From Vezdaea acicularis (Eukaryota): DNA of 64,000 nucleotides. This document shows, piece after piece, positions 35,470 through 49,300 of this stretch (the first letter of the stretch is position 1; each line of letters begins with the position of its first letter). The notes below the pieces were generated by a model. It saw only the letters and a list, made by a program, of their open reading frames with translations. It was not told the DNA's origin and made no database searches. Both the position numbers and the translations under genes were made by a program. Where the stretch lies: positions 62,001 to 126,000 of the forward strand of contig JAPEUI010000013.1 of the NCBI GenBank assembly GCA_026025075.1, read 5' to 3'.

Positions 35470-38400
35470 TCATAGTCTCAACTCCTTCAAGATCTTCTCT
35501 GCCATATTTTTATACTGCCACGTCCCGCCAGCCATCCTCTTGAACTGAATCCCATGCAGTGACAGAATCGGGACCTTCACGATGAAGATCTCAAACTGTA
35601 AGATCATGCTTCCACCTAGCTCGCTCTGGACATGCGTGGTTGTCTCGCCCATAGCCCTCTCCCTCCTTGTGACGCTGTCGTCCGAAACATCTGAGTTCGT
35701 GAAGCTGGCGTTTTGATTGCCGCCAGGTGTCCCTGAGCCTTGTTTCGGAGTCCGAGGTGTTTTGTCGCGATGGGTGCGAAATTCATCGCGGTCGCCATTA
35801 TTACCGCCCATAAAACCACCAAAACTAATCTTGCGCTTGTGAGCAGTGGTAGGGCTGGACATCGTATTATTTCTGTCAGAAGCACCGGGAGTACCTGCGC
35901 CCGGTGTAGTAGGATCCACAACCTTCTCGAGGTCGATGCTGGGGGAGTGCGTACAGCTAAATCCGCCCCTGATCTCTGTGTATTCGACGTTCAGCTGCTT
36001 TAATACTCTGATGATGTCCTGTCGAATGGCCGCAACAGGTTTTGTGCTGGTTGTCGACACGCTAAACAGGCCCTTTAGATATACAGGCTTGACATTTTCC
36101 GCGCTTTCGGGAGCATCTGATTGAGCATTCAGCTCTTGGTCGGTCTCTTCAGGTACATTGGCTTCACGTTGTTGCTCTCTTCGTGCACGCCTTGCCTGAA
36201 TGCTTTCCCGTCTGGCGTGTCCAAGCGATTTAGTCCTACCTGAGCTTGATTTCGGAGTAATTGTGAGGTCTTGCTCAATTTCCGTTGGTGTCTCGCCTGG
36301 CCTTGGGACATTACCGCTAATGCTAGATCTATCTGAACCGCTTGTCAACGGTGGTTCATTGACAGCATGACTTCGGAGACCTTCTGAGACACCATGTCGC
36401 TGTCGACGACGATAATCTGCAGAATTGACACTTGTGGATCTTCCTAAGCCTTTACTCCTAGCGTCCGAACTACCCGGAGGTGTAAGTAAATCCTCATGCG
36501 CTGGCTGACTTCGTCCAGCTTGGAGATTGGATGGCGGAAGCGCACCTCTATCCCGCGTCCTACGGATACTAAAGCTCTTTCGAAGTACGGAGGTTTGATC
36601 TTGTGGGGCCTGAACGGAAACGGTTGGTGGTGGCTGACCGAACCTTGATTCCTTCTCTCGTTCGGGCTCTTTGTGTCTTCTCGTGCTGAACCGTCTAAGT
36701 ATGCCGACAGCAGCGCTTTCCTTCTTTGGCTGGTTCTGTTCGACAGGCGAAGTGACGATCGCTGGTGTCTGATTAGAAACCTTTAGTTTCTTCATAGATT
36801 CCTCTACCTCGTCCTCGCCATGCGTACGTGCCCGTGGTCGAGAGCGGCCACCGGTAGCCCGTTCCCCTGGCATCTCGTATGTCGTAGAGTTTGTGTGCGC
36901 CGCTTCTGGAGCTGGCAAATCGGGAACACCGAGGGGCAGTTCTCCTGGAGATTTTGGTATACTCATAGCACCGGGATTTGCCTCCAAGCGAGCGCGCTCT
37001 TGCTTCTCTCTCACCAGATAATATATAGAGATAAGCGGGCTGAAGGCGTTCACAGGATCGGAACCCAAATGAAGAGCTTCCATGGAAGGGTTTGTGAGTG
37101 TGTCGCGACTGTTGCTAGAATTTCGTCGCTTGTAGAAATCAAACCCGGGAAAGGACCGCTTTCTCTCTGCGTTATTTGCGTTCGTGGCCTGTTCCTTCAC
37201 AGCGAGACGCACTGCGGCTTGGTACTCCTCAGATTCAAGCACTCTCGTTAATTGAGACTCAATCACTTCGGGCGCTCCAAAGTCGAACCCGGTCATGCCT
37301 TGAACGACATTTGGGTCAAGAGGGAGCTGGAGGGGCTCGCGCGGAGGTAAAAAGTTTTCAGGTGCCGAATTGAATCCTTTCGTAATCCAAGGGTGGTTCA
37401 TGATCTCGTGCAGAGTGGCGCGCTGTCGTGGATCAGTCACAAGCATTCGAGAAATGAGGTTTTTGCATTCTGTCAAAAGTTAGCTGTATCCAACAACTTC
37501 TGCGGGGTCCAGCATACCTGCAGAGAGCCAAGTAGGATAATCAACTAGGCCTTTCTTGATCTTTGCGTGTAGCTTGGGCATACTCTGGTCGTCAAAAGGC
37601 ACTTTACCGCAGACCAGAACGTAGAGGACTATACCAAAGCTCCAAATATCAACCTCTGGACCAGTATACTGCCGAGCCTGCAGCAGTTCCGGAGCAGCAA
37701 AGTAGAGACTTCCACAGAACGTTTTAAGATGGCTTCGAGGAGAAAAGAGATTACTGAGGCCAAAGTCGATGATCTTGATATCTCCAGTTTTGCTAATCAA
37801 GATATTCTCGATCTTTAGGTCTCTGTGCACGATGCTATTGCGGTGGCAATAATCAAGGGCACTTGCAATTTGTCGACCGAACTTCCTAGCTTGTTTCTCT
37901 TTGAGCCTTCCGTGAGAGATAATGTAGTCTAACATCTGCCCTCCATTCACATATTCAAACAGCATATACCAGTGGAAATTTGTCCGCACCACATCGCGCA
38001 TTGCGCAGATGTATGGATGGTCAAGTAATGATACGATTGCCGCTTCCCTCGCTGTCCTGATCTCCTTAGAATGCTCCTGGCGCTCGCGGTCGCGGCTGCT
38101 GATACGGCCATCGTCTGTGGGGTATCGAGGGACAATCTTCACCGCGACCTAAAAGTCCAAATTAGCCCAATTCTACAAGTCTCAATCAAGATCTCTCACC
38201 TGTTCAGTTCCATCCAGCTTCTTCGCGAGCTTTACCTTCCCCATGCTTCCAGCTCCGATTGTCTTGCCAAGGCTCCAAGTACCGCTCGATCCAGTCACTG
38301 TAGTTCTTCGCCCTTTGCTAGAGGATGGGGGAGTTTCAGCTGTTCGGCCTGGTGAGGCCGGCGTTTCTGATGAGTAACGTGGTTGCGCCGCGGGCCTAGC

Positions 38401-38766
38401 GCTCGAAGAAGTCCTCTGGCCATTTCGGACGGCTTGGTCATACGCAGGAGGCGGACTATTATACGACCTATCCTCAGAAGTGCTCCGACGTGAGGACTGT
38501 GGGCGTGCAACATTTGTGGTTTCGTAGTCTCTATGCGGTAAAACGTTGGCCACCGGAGCTGGAGCTGGCTGTTGGGAGGACGGTGTTCGATTGTAAGAGT
38601 ATGAGCTCGAGTTTGTCCGATGGGCCGATTGAGAGGCCGTTTGCGATCTCGAGCTAGTTGATTGTGATCGGTGTGGTTGTCCCGTTGAGGCTGGCGTGTA
38701 TGAAGCAGTCCGCCTAGATGAATGACTTCGCTGCACCGGAGGCACAGCTGTAGACGCAGCCGACAT
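35470..38766 (-). CDS. KIN1: Kin1/PAR-1/MARK family Ser/Thr kinase with C-terminal KA1 domain
   Basis: Exons 38766-38200, 38148-37518, 37469-35470. [51 protein letters not shown]1 end [41 protein letters not shown]. Confidence 0.96.
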
Positions 38767-40244
38767 TCCGATCTAAGAGCCTAGCCAAGGCTCAGCAAAT
38801 GTATGCTCTCTTAAGCGTAGGTGTGTGTGACTGGTTCGTGGCGAAGGAAGAAGGTGGACGTTCAGTCGGCCTGGGTTTGTTATGGCAAAGAGGAGATCGA
38901 GAATCGACTCGAGCTTCACTCAAGACGCTTGATGATTCTATCCGGGGACTCTGTGAGCAAATTGAAGCTGCATTCGGCCAAAGTGATCAACTGGGCCGAT
39001 AGTGTGAGTGAGAACTTGCTGAGGAATGTTATCGTGAGGTGAAGCAACTTCGGGAGGTGGTCCGTGAGCTTGACCCCAATGGAGGGGGCTGGAAAGGGCG
39101 CCCGAATTCTCCTGCGACGCGAACCAAACCAACGAAATTTGACGGCCTTGATTTCAACTTCAGCGAACGTCAAACTTGATGCGAGAAATATGAGTTGTGA
39201 GCGTGGCGTCTGGGTAAACTCGTTCTTCTCTCGGATAGTCCGATAGGCAACGACACTGTTGAATGTTCTTGTTGGAGGCTTTGCTAGGCTTTGCACGAAG
39301 CCTGATATCGGCCAGAAACAGTTGGCGCTCGAAGGATGCTTTGACAGCTAGGCCACGCACGGGGAGCCTCGAGCTCCGGTGATGTATGTGGCTAGTGCTA
39401 GTGGTCGCACGCGGCCGCGTCGGTCTGACTCAGGTGAAGCAATCCACCCAGATGACTTGGGATCAACGTACACCAGCAGATGATCATCGCAATGAGAAAG
39501 CAGAGTTGAAGAGGGAGGAGGGGATGCGTCCTGCGGTCGTGATGTTTACCGGGGTATTCCTATCCGCCTACGACAATGAGAAACGCGGCATAAAGCGATG
39601 GAGCATATCTACACGAGCAAAAAACCTGCTAAAGAAGCCGTTTCGCAGAGCTGCATGCGCTTTACAAACTCCCGACGGCCAGTGGTTCAAGGCCTCTTAT
39701 CTGCCCAACAGGACATCGTCATGCGGCGTAGCTTGAAGACGCTCCCCCCCGAGAATGAACTCCTGTGGACCGCATGGACTCCAGGCGAGCTGCAGAGCGC
39801 AAATCCGCCTTGGGTGCCTCTGCCGCCTGCCTTCAATGTCGCTGCTTTATTCCGCTGCTAGGTACATGAATGAAGGGCCTTAGTTAGATGAGGCAAGTAT
39901 TCAGTGCGCCTCGCGTCCATGCTTCCTGTGAAAATTACCACTATGCAATATGCGTCCGGAAAGGGTCAAGTGAATGGAAGACAGAAGGTTGGGGGAAGAC
40001 GCTCCCAGGAATCCGCTCCCGCCGCGATCCCGCTGTGGGAAGCGAGCGGAGAACGGCAAATGTTAATTTCGACCGCCACCAATCAACACCTTCGCTTTAG
40101 AAACACTTTAGTTAGGCCTTATGTACGATCACACGCTCTTGATATCGACCATCATTCAGAGAGGATCAGCTGGAGCTACCATAGGAACTGCATATGACTC
40201 TGTATTCAATCTTGTGACGTAGTCATGGTTGTACCTGCGTCAGT

Positions 40245-42456
40245 ATGGCCTCCAAGCGCAGCCGTGCCACCTACGAGGCGGACCTGCTCAGTCATCCGCC
40301 CCAGACCGCGGTTACTAAGGTAGCCTCGGAAGATCGAGGAGACTGGGATGAGGTGCCCGTATGGAAGCAGGAGGTTCTTGATGAGCAGGGGAGAAAGCGG
40401 CTGCACGGAGCTTTTACTGGGGGTTTCAGTGCTGGGTTCGTTATCAATATCAGATCTTCTGCTTCGACCGCCCAAGCTAACATCGGCTCGTAGGTATTAC
40501 AATACCGTGGGGTCGAAAGAGGGGTGGACCCCCTCGACCTTCATATCATCCAAGAAGAATCGTCAGAAGAAAGACAAAGAAGCAACTCACCAGCGCCCCG
40601 AAGACTTCATGGATGAAGAGGACCTGCAGGAGGCCGTCGAAGAACTAGAAAACACGGATATTTATGCCAGCCTGGGCTCGACTGAAGAGGAACTGAGGAG
40701 GAAGGCATTACTCAAGGCGGTTGGGGAAGTAGATGGTGATCAGAAGAAAGAGGATGGGATGCTACACATGAGCGCAGCGGACGCCACCCGCGCCATTGCA
40801 ATGGCCAGGCGAAACGGCCAAAAGGGACTTGGTTTCGGCAGTAAGGCGCGACCTTCAGCTAGCAACGGGTCTCCCCATACCACATCGACAGAAGCGGTAG
40901 GCAACGACCCTGCTGTCACGAGAAAACCTAGGAAGCCCATCTCACGGGGAGGTTTTGGAGTAGGGATTTTGAACGACACAGGATCCGATGACGAGAACCC
41001 CTATGAACTCCAGCCGAAAACGTCATTTAGAAAAGTAAAAAGCGAAAAGAAGAAGAAAAAGAAGATTACCTTTGGGGAATCGCCATCTCCTCCGCCAGAA
41101 TCGACGGCAGGGGTATCAGAGAAAAATAGTGCTTTAGAGATCAAATCTCCACCTGAGATGATTCCAGCAGCGCTGACCGGTTCTGCACAACAAACACGAC
41201 CGCCTTCACCTCCACCTCCGTCCTCGGCCAAACCCCCTTCAATCACCATCAACCCACATATTCCAAATAAAGAGCTCTCACCCTCCCCCAACCCCACCAC
41301 CCCAAAACTAAAAGGCCCCCAAAAATCCGTCTTCGCCTACCTCAACTCTTCAGCTCGCGCCCGCATCGCCGCCGCCACAGGCAAAACCGACCTCCCCATC
41401 GCTCTAAACGAGTCCGCTCCACCTCCATCCGCCCCAGCAACGCTCTCGCTCATTCCCACACTCCCTCCCAAAACCGCCGAGCAAGCCCTCGGCCGCGGCC
41501 TAGGCGGCTGGCTGCCCTACGCAGACGCGCCCGCCAAGCGTGCACGCTATACGGCTTACCTCGAGCACCAAGCGGGCTTGACGGACAAGCCCCCCGAGCG
41601 CGGGAGAGCGGTGAAACAGGACGAATGGGTGAGGGAGCTGGAGGAGTTTAAGAAGGCGGCTGAGATATTCAAGCCCATGGCGGGGATGATGGCAGAGCGC
41701 TTCGCGTCCGCTTCTGACTCCAGGCCGAAGGCCTCGGGCGCTGATAGCAAGGGCTTGGCTGGTACTGCGGATCCAAGTCCGCTCTTGAGTACTCCAAATG
41801 AGAAACTTGAGGACCCGGCAGAGGCGGCGGCGAGGATGGGCTTGTTCGGCCCGCGTACGAGGTCCATGCAGCCGTTCTATCCGAGCCGGCTGCTGTGTAA
41901 GCGCTTCAACGTGCCACCGCCCACCACTGTCGCACCGGCGCCGACGCCTTCCGAAGGTGTCGCTGGAGGGGGTCCGAGTGCGGCGGGAACTCAGAAGCCG
42001 CAGAGTAGGTTCACGAGTGGTGGCTTCATGACGGCGCAGGAGCCGCAAGGGAAAGCGGGGGAGTTGCTCGGAAAGGGCGTTATGGAGGAATTGGTTAAAG
42101 AGCGGGGCCGGGTCGAAGCTGGAGGGGTGGCGGAAACGGAGGAGGTGGTCAAGGTAAAGGAGGAGGGGGAGGGGGTTGGGCCTGAAGAGCAGGCGAGGAG
42201 AGACAGGCAGAGAAAGCTGGAGGAATGGGCGAGAGGCACAAGTACAGGGCGTGGGAAGAAACGGACGAAAAAGGAACGACCTCCGATGGTACAGGATAAA
42301 GAAGATGTGACGACATCTGGAAACCCCGTCCAGGCTGATACACCAGTTCTTAAGGCGCCGGAGGAAGTGCAGGAGATACCAGAGGAACCGCAAGAACGGC
42401 CCGGCGATGCGGTGTACAGGGCGGTCTTTGGCAGCGACAGCGAGGATGATAGCTAG
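40245..42456 (+). CDS. GPATCH1/TGH-like protein (DUF1604 N-terminus)
   Basis: Exons 40245-40435 and 40494-42456. [81 protein letters not shown]-terminal [12 protein letters not shown]. Confidence 0.88.
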
Positions 42457-43274
42457 CCCCCTCTCCCCCACATCTACTACAAATTTAAACCAATTTTCTG
42501 CAAATTGGTTAGTCGTATCCCCTCCTCCTTCACGAAGGTAGTTCGGTGTCGAAAGCGGGCTGTAATAGACTCCACGTGATGATCCTTCGGCCTCTTTCGC
42601 TCTGCCTCGTGCTACCCACCCAAAGGGGTGATCGTTGAAATTGCACACATCCCCATCATCAAAAGTAGAATCACATAAACGCTCAAACCCTGTACGTTTC
42701 CACCTAAGCCCTAGTCCCGAATATAAGAAAAATTCCAGAGAAACAAAACTCTGTGCAATGATTCCCCTTCCCCTCTTCCCCGCCTCTAAATATGGTATAC
42801 AAATTGTGATTGTGACTGTTCTACTATGGTCATTGGTGGTGTGGTGTTGAAGGTCGGGAATGTTTTATTATCTGAGATACACGAGTAGGTGCTTTATCAT
42901 ACCCAATTTGGGGGTCGTAGGAGGAAGGTGTGAGAAGGTGACAAAATTGAATAAAATGGCAGAGATGGCGATTATTGATTTCTGGGCTTCGAAATTACTT
43001 TGTAAGTGGGCAGGGGTGGGATGGTTGTGCTGGGTAGGATAGACTTTCACTTGCACTACACTTGCATAGCAGGATCTTCCCCAGGATTCAAGAACTCGTT
43101 CTTTTGATGCTGATAGCACTAGGAGGCCTGTTATCAAACCAGTAGATCTATGATGGGTTCAAGCCCAATCTCTCATCTAAGCCTATTCCACCCCTCCAAA
43201 AGCCTGTGGTAGGTTCACACACCCTGCCCTATGCAGTAAATCGCACTTCCCGTAAAATCATGCCTAGCTAGCCC

Positions 43275-43526
43275 TTACCACACGCAGGCCGCTTGGGCCC
43301 AGAAGTTTGGCACGGAAGTAGATTCTAGGCTGTCATGGATATCATCTTCATCGTCGTCCGCAGTGTCTGACTCCTCTTCCTCGTCAAGCAGCCCCGTTTT
43401 TCCCTGTCCCGCTTTCCCGCCACGGCCGCTGGATGATGAACTCAGAACGCCGTTGGAAGATGCATATGCTGGTGGAGGGAAGTTGTCGTTGTGGTGGTGG
43501 CGTGGAGTGCCTTTAGCTCTCTTCTT
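43275..43526 (-). other. Putative alternative terminal coding exon of RLI1 (distal 3' splice site, 83 aa + stop)
   Basis: A second acceptor TTTTTCCTAG lies 10 nt after the canonical one; the phase-0 frame stays open for 83 codons, ending in TAA at 43275-43277. Confidence 0.5.
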
Positions 43527-45692
43527 CTAGGAAAAACTAGATCTCGGCGATTAGCACGGGGATGGCCTTTCTTTACAAGATATCATATAGTTTGAGGAAT
43601 CAGCAAACTCACATAGTTCCCATTAAGCTTTTGCTCCTCGTCCTTCTGGGAATTCTGTTTATTGATGCGTGGGCGGAAGGAGTTCGGGTCCCGTCTGAAC
43701 GTGACGTCCAAGTTCTTCAGGAAGCGGTTGCAGCCGGTGAGTAGGCCTTCGGGAGCGTTGGCACGGGCTTTGATGGAAGGTTGACCGTCGAAGACGATCA
43801 CCCGGTCCGCGAGGTAAGTCGCCATTATAAAGTCGTGCTCAACTACGAAGGCAGTCTTTTTGGAGTGCATGATGAAGCGCTTGATGACGCGAGCGGCAAT
43901 TATACGTTGTTCAGAGTCGAGATAGCTGTTAAACCTTAGAGAAGAGCTTTGGGGGGGCGGGGAGGGCCGGGAGGGGGAAGGGTTTTGCAGGACTTACGCG
44001 CTGGGCTCGTCGATCAGGTAGATGTCTGCTGGTGTGCCGAGCGCGAGGACAATTGCAACACGCTGCAGTTCACCACCGGACAGGTTGAGAACCTCTTGGT
44101 CGATGAAGTCGTCCATCTTCAACGGCTTGTAGACGTCGGTCTGGAACTGCGGGCTCAAGAACATGCCTTTGATCTTTTTCAAGAAGAGCTGACGGACAGT
44201 ACCGGGGAACTTCGGGTTGATCTTCTGGGGCTTCATGCTAATATGCATCCTCGGCACCTTCTTGCCATTGTCTGGCTGTTCTGCACCAGCAAGCATTCGG
44301 CAGAAGGTTGTCTTGCCTGTCCCGTTCTCACCCATCATGACGATGATCTCGGAATCTGTGAAAGATCCCTCTTCAATGTTCAAGTAGAAGTCACCTAAAG
44401 TCTTAGACATGCTTGGGTATGAGAAGCCTTGCGACTTGTCGACGACATATTCGTCGCCAGCCTCAGCAATCCGGAACGTGAGAGACTCTTCTCGGAAGCG
44501 AAGATTCTCCGTTGGTATATTACCGTCCAAGAATATATTGATACCCTCTCGAACGGATGCAGGTAAGGTGACCACACCATAGACAGCAGGGCGACCGTAG
44601 AGGACGCAGATGAAGTCCGATAGATAGTCGAGAACCGACAGATCGTGCTCAACTACAATGACATAGTCATCAGGTCGAAGGAGCTCTCGGATAATTTTGG
44701 CCGCGTTAAGACGTTGCTTGACATCGAGGTAGGACGATGGCTCGTCGAACATGTAGACGTCCGCGTTCTGTACGCAAACAAACCCGATTGCAAATCTTTG
44801 GAGTTCTCCTCCTGAAAGCTTGTCTATGTCCCGGTCCATGACATGCTTAAGTTCCAAAACCTCACAAATGTGATCGAACTTATCGGTTTCAGCCTTGGCT
44901 TTGAGGAGGGCACCGACCGTACGGTCTGTGGCCTTGATTGCCTTAGGGATCTGATCCACATACTGCGGCTTCACTAACGCTTTCAAGTTGTCCTCAAGGA
45001 CTTTGGTAAAGTAGTTCTGGAGCTCCGACCCTCGGAAGTATTTGAGGATTTCCTCCCAATCAGGCGGGTTGTCATACCTTCCCAAGTTCGGCTTCAGCTT
45101 GCCGCTCAGTATCTTCAATGCAGTACTCTTGCCAATTCCGTTTGTTCCGACAAGCCCTAGCACCTGTCCAGGCCTTGGCATGGGCAGTCTATGCAACTTG
45201 AAAGAATTGGCCGAGTATCGATGGGTGATCTGCGTCTCGAGGTTGGTGGGGAGGTTGATGATAGTGATGGCCGAGAAAGGACATTTCTTTGGGCAGATAC
45301 CGCAGCCTATGCAAAGGCGCTCTGAAATGAAAGCGATCTTAGACTCGGGGGTGACTTCGATACAGAGCTTCCCTGTCCGTACGACAGGGCAGGATCGCTT
45401 GCATTCTTGCCGGCATTTCTGTGCAGCAAGTCAGCTAGGGAGGGTAAGGTCAAATATCGCAAGAGCATACCTTGGGCTTGCACTGAGTTTACATAGATCA
45501 AGTCAGCATTGAGCACTTCTAGGTGTGATTGTTGCGCTCGTGTGATGGTGGGGCAGTCAACCGAGGGCGCAAAAACATGAGCCATACCTTGTCCGAATTC
45601 ACGATAGCAATACTTAGACCGCCTTGTCAGTACTTTACGTCTGAGGGTTTACAGAGCGGACGGATGGCATACCGGGTCAGTTTGTCCGTCAT
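43513..45692 (-). CDS. RLI1: ABCE1 Fe-S ABC ATPase, ribosome recycling factor
   Basis: Exons 45692-45673, 45612-45588, 45482-45471 (12 nt), 45418-43998, 43925-43613, 43536-43513. [25 protein letters not shown] (Fe-S), [18 protein letters not shown], two LSGGELQR, end GNYFFLEEES. Confidence 0.97.
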
Positions 45693-46366
45693 GACGACTG
45701 TCTTTGGGAGGGATCGGTGGAGAGATCTCTCGGGTGGAGCGCGGGTCCGCACGGAGTCTGGGACGACGATGTTAATATTGTGGAAGGGGAAAACGGCCGT
45801 AGCGAGCACACCCCACACTGGAAGAGTATCGTCAAAATTGCGGCCTGGTGAAGCACGCAGCAACGTGACGAGGAGCGAACGCGCACACGCACACACAACA
45901 CGGCCTCACTTTTGTGTGTTCAAAATTCTCCCATAAAAAGCCAGCCTCCACCACTTCTCTTCCTCTTTCTTCTTCATCACACTCGTACACGCAGTGGGAC
46001 TCTTCACCTTTTCTTCCATCAACTTTCTGCATTTCAATAGAACGCACCGCATCAAAGCACTTGGTCATACGCCATTCGTGTGTTCTTATTGGTCAGCCCT
46101 CTCGTTGCAAGGAACCACCTAGCCTGAACGGGGCACTGGGGTAGCCTGTCACGCCTGTGCTCGTAGGCTTGCTCCGAACCAGACTGGCTCGGCTCGCCAT
46201 TAGTCGAACCCACCACGCAGCAGCACTGCACCGCAAGACTTTCTTGAGGTGACTTCCGCTCTCACCTTCTCCCTCATAGACCCCGAAGGTCGACGGGGTT
46301 TTTCAATCACCAACCTTCGGCACCCTTTCTCTCCTCAGACGACTCCGCTGCGGGGCTATCGGTGTG
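45693..46366. promoter_or_regulatory. Probable bidirectional promoter RLI1/CHD1
   Basis: 674 bp between divergent start codons, with pyrimidine-rich tracts at ~45950-46030. Inferred from geometry only. Confidence 0.55.
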
Positions 46367-49300
46367 ATGGCTTGTAAGTCTTCCCTTTTTCTTCCTTTTC
46401 CTCAGCCTTCCTGGTGTTCCAAACGCCGAAAGAGCTTCGGCGGCCGCCCTGTTCTAGGCCCATCACCAAATGATGATATCCGACACGAAGTCATCATTGA
46501 TGCCTCGGATCCCTCTTTGAAGCGTGTCGAATATTAATTTCAAAACTCCCTCGCCACTGAGTCAGACGTAATGCCGTTCGGGGCTCACAGCCTATCCACA
46601 ACGCTGCCAGTCGTTCTGCTGTCATACCTATTATCAAATCCATCATGGATTCTCCCCTCGGCACTACCTCGACAAATGTCCATGAAGATCCCTCGGTCGC
46701 AATTATTTCCTGGTCGCTTTAATAATACATGGCTGTCTTGAAGATCTTGCACTCGCTCGATGCCTCTTAATTGCTGTACAATTGCTAACATACTTCTCAT
46801 ACAGCCAGCAGCGCTGTCAATGCCGCCCTCCACCAATCCAACACACGATCCCCCTCAGACAGACGACCATCGCCGCTGTCTAACATGATTAATGCCGACG
46901 ATATCCTATCGGACAGCGACAGTGTCTTGTCCGAGGTTGAGCCTCCAACAGGAGCCTCACCTACACCGTCTCATCACGACCAGTCACCATCAAGCGCAAA
47001 TGAAGAGATGGATATCGAAACACCCAATGACTCAGAAGCAGATAACGGGCTTGGGTCAGACGACGCCGACTTTGACATTGAGACACCACCTGTCAATGGC
47101 TCTGCAGATGTCGGATACTCACGATCTACCTCACAAGAATCGCGAAGATCGACGAAAAGGAAGGCAGCAAATGGGAATGAGGATGACTTCTCTAACAACC
47201 CAGAGCTATATGGCCTTCGGCGGAGTGTATGTGTCCGCACCACCCTTCTCATAAGCTTACTCATTGACAAATTACAGGGCCGAGCTCGTGCCTCCCGCAA
47301 TGTTGTGAGTAGAGGTGATCGCTTCTTATGGATTTGATAGCTTATCTTGAATCATAGGTTCAAACAACTGAAGATGAGGACGAGGATGAGGACGAGGACG
47401 TCGCGAACAATTCTCGTAAGCGACGCAAGACGTTGCGTGGAAAACAACGTGAGTAGTCCTCCGATTTACTGAGTCTTCCAGTCCTTCAACTAACCCTTAC
47501 GATAGGGGTAACGTCTAAGAGTACAACACCCCTTCGCCAGTCAACGTCTGTCAGTGACTCGGACTCGGACACCTACGGCACCGCAAAGAGTCGTGCTAAA
47601 GCGCGAATGCAACGACGACGCCAGTTGGAGGACGGCACCAACCTAGCTCCCTCTCACGCTGAGATCAGGTTCTCAACTCGTCGGGCCGGCAAAGTCAACA
47701 ACTACAACGAAGAAGACGAAAACTCTCTCAGCGATGAAGACTCGCTTCTGACTCCTAACTATGGAGCAGGAGGTGCTGGGCAGAGCTCCGAAGGGATCGA
47801 TGTGGTCTTAACCCATCGCCTCAAGGATGGCGTGAGTGCGAGTCAAGAGCCAGCCAAAGGTGATATTGAGTATCACATCAAATGGCTCCACAAGGCTCAC
47901 TACCACGCCACTTGGGAGACAGTCTCTTCGCTCGCAGGGGCGGGGTACTCTACCCGAAAAGTAGACAACTACTTTCGGAAGTTCGTGCAGGAAGACTTTC
48001 AGATCAGGAACGACGACCAGTATACCCTAGAGGAAAGGGAAAAATGGATCCTAGATCGTGAGCAATCAATAGATGCTCTCAACGACTGGGTGAAGGTCGA
48101 ACGTGTCATAGATTCTCGGGAGGGAGATGAGGACACGGAATATTATATCAAATGTTAGTTGATCCCGAGTTTCCAGGTTATCAGATAGCTTATAATCCTA
48201 CAGGGAAGACTCTGCCATATGGCAACTGCACCTGGGAGACCGCAACACTCATCAGTGAGATCGCCCAGCCACAAATTGATGCATACCTAGACCGAACGTC
48301 GAAGGTCCTGGTCTCCGACAAGAGCGAGTCGAATCCAGCAACTCGCAAGAAGCACGTTCACATCCGAGAGCAACCAGAGTATGTCAAGCATGGCATACTA
48401 CGAGACTTCCAGCTAGTCGGCCTGAATTTCCTCGCCTATAACTGGTCAAAGTCGAATAATGTCATTCTCGCGGACGAAATGGGTCTCGGGAAAACCGTGC
48501 AGACAGTGGCGTTCATGAGCTGGCTCGTCCATGAACGAAAGCAGCAGGGCCCATTCATTGTAGTCGTCCCGCTCACGACTGTTCCTGCGTGGGCAGAGAC
48601 CCTAGATAATTGGGCGCCCGACATCAATTATGTCGTCTTTGGAGGTGACGCAAAGTCCCGCCAGGTCATCAAGGACCATGAGATGCTTGTGGACGGCAAT
48701 TTCAGGCAACCAAAGTTCAATGTCCTTATAACGACATATGAATACGCCATCATGGAGTCGTCATACTTCTCCCAGATAAAGTGGCAGTTCCTGGCCGTGG
48801 ACGAGGCCCATCGACTCAAGAATAGAGAGTCGAATCTATACGCACACCTCTTGAGCTTCAAAGCTCCCAGCCGGCTCCTCATCACCGGCACTCCGATGCA
48901 AAACACTCTGGGCGAGCTGTCCTCATTAATGGACTTCCTTATGCCTGGACGTGTCAAGATAGAAGAAGACATGGATCTTCAGTCTGCGGCGGCGGGGGAG
49001 AAGATTGCTGAGCTCACGAAAGAGATTACGCCGTACATGCTCCGTCGTACCAAGAATAAAGTCGAGAATGACTTACCTCCGAAGAGCGAAAAGATAATTC
49101 GCATGGATTTATCTGACGCCCAGCTGGAATACTATAAGAACATTCTGACCAGAAACTACGCGGCGCTCAACAAAGTTGGCAAAGGAGAAAAGACTTCTCT
49201 CCTCAATATCATGATGGAGTTGAAGAAAGCTAGCAACCACCCCTTCCTATTTCCCAACTTTGAAGATGAGATGGTTGCGAAGTACCCGCGACGTGAAGAT

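Noticed and set aside
41500..42648. 382-aa antisense ORF, and similar shadow ORFs opposite the sulfatase, DUF3824-like gene, CHD1 and DBT
   Set aside because: Antisense shadows of GC-rich coding sequence with no domain-like content.
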